Source: an uncultured Candidatus Bathyarchaeia archaeon
Lineage (GTDB): Archaea; Thermoproteota; Bathyarchaeia; TCS64
Length of the DNA stretch: 64,000 nt
Assembly (NCBI GenBank): GCA_964529745.1
Contig: CAZGZR010000003.1
Coordinates: 1,420-65,419 of the forward strand
Reading direction: 5' to 3'
Of the stretch, positions 62,641-64,000 are shown piece by piece. The notes under the pieces are model-generated. The model was not told where the DNA came from, ran no database searches, and saw only the letters and a program-made list of their open reading frames with translations. A program made the position numbers and the translations under genes. Every line of letters begins with the position of its first letter. Position 1 is the first letter of the stretch.

Positions 62641-62802
62641 GTATTCAAATTTAAGTATTTTTATTTTGCATCCAGTTTGAAGGGTGTGTCCACCGCCGAT
62701 GGCTATCTACCGGTGAGCCATGGTCCAGCGTAAGCTACATGGTCCGGGCTACATGACAAAGATTATCACTCCCTACACCGACTGTTAAGTGCCTGGACTG
62801 GT

Positions 62803-63033
62803 GTGATGCACCCTAAGAAGAGGCTTCCTGAAGGCTCAGAGGAGATAGCCCGAGCGGGAGGCTACATCCTCGTCAAGTACGACCTGGAGAAAAAACCGTA
62901 CTACAGCGTGTTCCAGTTCTACGAGACGAGCGGAGGCACCCGCTACGTCCCCAGGGGCGGCGGTGGCAGAGACCTTGAAGAGGCGAGGCGGCAGCTTGAG
63001 AGGATAACCGGGCGAAGGCTTCCAGCCGAGTGA
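62803..63033 (+). CDS. hypothetical small protein (76 aa)
   Basis: ORF downstream of an AT-rich promoter-like stretch; Gly-rich RGGGGRD segment; no family recognised. Confidence 0.35.
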   Translation: MMHPKKRLPEGSEEIARAGGYILVKYDLEKKPYYSVFQFYETSGGTRYVPRGGGGRDLEEARRQLERITGRRLPAE

Positions 63034-63108
63034 CTGCGCGTAGATCAAAACGATTCACCCAAACGTTGCGTTGAAAGTCTTTTAAGAAATCGAGGTGACA
63101 CTTGCCTC

Positions 63109-63555
63109 ATGTTGTACTTTACATACGGCAGCTTCATGGACATAGATAATCTGAGGAAGCACACGCCCAGCGCCGAGTTCGTCTGCAGGGCGCTGATACC
63201 AAACTGGGAGGTCCAGTTCAACTATTACAGCAGCAACTACGGGGGAGGCTGCACGGGCATCGAGCCCACCCTCAACAAGCTGGTACGCGGGGCAGTCTAC
63301 GAGATACCGCCGGACGAGATGGAGCACTTGGACACCGTGGAGGGGGTCTCCAACGGAACCTATTACCGGCACCCCATAATGGTTGTCAGCGACGCAGGTG
63401 AGCCCATGCTAGCCCACGTATACCGCACCACCAACCCGAAGGGCCCTTTCAAGCCGACGAAACGCTACCTCCGATACATATTGGACGGCGCCAAAGCCCT
63501 AGGGCTCCCACCGGAGTACATAGCCCAGTTCGAGGAAGTAGAGACGGTAGACTAG
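63109..63555 (+). CDS. gamma-glutamyl cyclotransferase (GGCT/AIG2-like) family protein
   Basis: N-terminal YFTYGSFM (YGS.M motif) and catalytic Glu region. Confidence 0.7.
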   Translation: MLYFTYGSFMDIDNLRKHTPSAEFVCRALIPNWEVQFNYYSSNYGGGCTGIEPTLNKLVRGAVYEIPPDEMEHLDTVEGVSNGTYYRHPIMVVSDAGEPMLAHVYRTTNPKGPFKPTKRYLRYILDGAKALGLPPEYIAQFEEVETVD

Positions 63556-63590
63556 CCTGTTTATATCTCGCCCGGCGTTTTTCTCCCTGA

Positions 63591-64000
63591 GTTGAAGCCA
63601 CGGGACATCCTCCTCACCGCCATCAACGGCCTCAACGAGCGTAAGTTCAGGCTTGGCCTTAACGTCCTGGGCGTGCTCATAGGCATCGCGGCCGTCACGG
63701 GCCTCGTGAGCATCACCCAGGGCCTCTCCCAGGAGGTGAGCGGCCAGCTTGAGATGTTCGGCCCCAACAACGTCATGGTGGTGCCCTTCGAGATACAGCC
63801 GGGTCGCGGCCTCGTCGGCGAGAGCTTCAACTGGCGCGACATCCAGATACTGGAGAAGACGCCCCACGTCAAGTACATGACACCCATCGTAGGCAGCAGG
63901 CTCGCCAGCTACAGCGTACGCGGCGAGGTCTACGTCTGCAACGTCTACGGAGCCGAGCCCATCTACTTCGACATCTTCAGTTACTACAAGATGGCTGAAG
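63591..64000 (+). CDS. ABC transporter permease, FtsX/MacB-like (5' part, runs off the window end); paralog of 47066..48259
   Basis: TTG start; ERKFRLGLNVLGVLIGIAAVTGLVSITQGLS... parallels the N-terminus of the other permease. Confidence 0.6.

Noticed and set aside
1-64000. tRNA, rRNA, CRISPR arrays, transposases or integrases
   Set aside because: I found no T-loop/acceptor-stem signatures, no regularly spaced direct repeats with spacers, and no transposase or integrase motifs. The repeats found are short promoter-proximal arrays.

Overview
This 64 kb window reads as a dense, high-GC (about 58-60%) archaeal chromosome segment, probably from a thermophilic crenarchaeote (TACK) with a peptide-scavenging lifestyle. 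That assignment rests on gene content and order, not on any search. Genes are tightly packed on both strands, with many 1-4 nt start/stop overlaps, leaderless TATA-proximal starts, GTG/TTG starts and oligo-T terminators.

Main content, in order:
- an informational super-operon: priS-gins15-L44e-S27e-aIF2alpha-nop10
- a LivHM-J-GF branched-chain amino-acid ABC transporter
- a class V aminotransferase, a TspO-like membrane protein, a fused GMP synthase (guaA) and archease
- an ArsR regulator followed by a decayed partial copy of itself
- seryl-tRNA synthetase, an amidohydrolase, ComB, a CBS protein, and a TFS/RpoM-like zinc-ribbon protein with a non-canonical acidic loop
- OsmC, a PNPOx-fold protein and a YwbE-family protein
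- a detox/resistance-like cluster (two SAM-methyltransferases, an ANT-like nucleotidyltransferase, a VOC/glyoxalase, DinB, a C45 Ntn-hydrolase)
- a FAH-family hydrolase, a rhodanese, an M42 peptidase and GGT
- a secreted hypothetical whose promoter carries five phased TTTCAC repeats
- a candidate small biosynthetic locus (ThrC-like PLP enzyme, an extended QueC-like PP-loop ATPase, an N-truncated Ddl-like ATP-grasp ligase, a small winged-helix-like protein, a DMT exporter, RidA and an SDR)
- a ZAS (zf-HC2)-like small protein in an operon with a tandem-SH3 protein
- UspA, a histidine phosphatase, and two paralogous M28 peptidases flanking a cupin and an MFS transporter
- a PadR-ABC-CARDB-permease-Yip1 operon, and a RimK-like ATP-grasp ligase next to a double-zinc-ribbon protein
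- nadC and nadA, a gamma-carbonic anhydrase, endonuclease III, a sulfite-oxidase-family Mo domain, a D-aminoacylase, Alba, AspRS, Pth2 and a GGCT
- the start of a second MacB-like permease at the window end

I found no rRNA, tRNA, CRISPR array or transposase/integrase. Most of the long overlapping ORFs in the six-frame track are GC-driven antisense shadows of the real genes. No single canonical defense or mobile system stands out. The best leads for something undescribed are the QueC-like/Ddl-like/ThrC-like locus, the TFS paralog, the ZAS-like/SH3 pair, the RimK/zinc-ribbon pair and the phased-repeat promoter.
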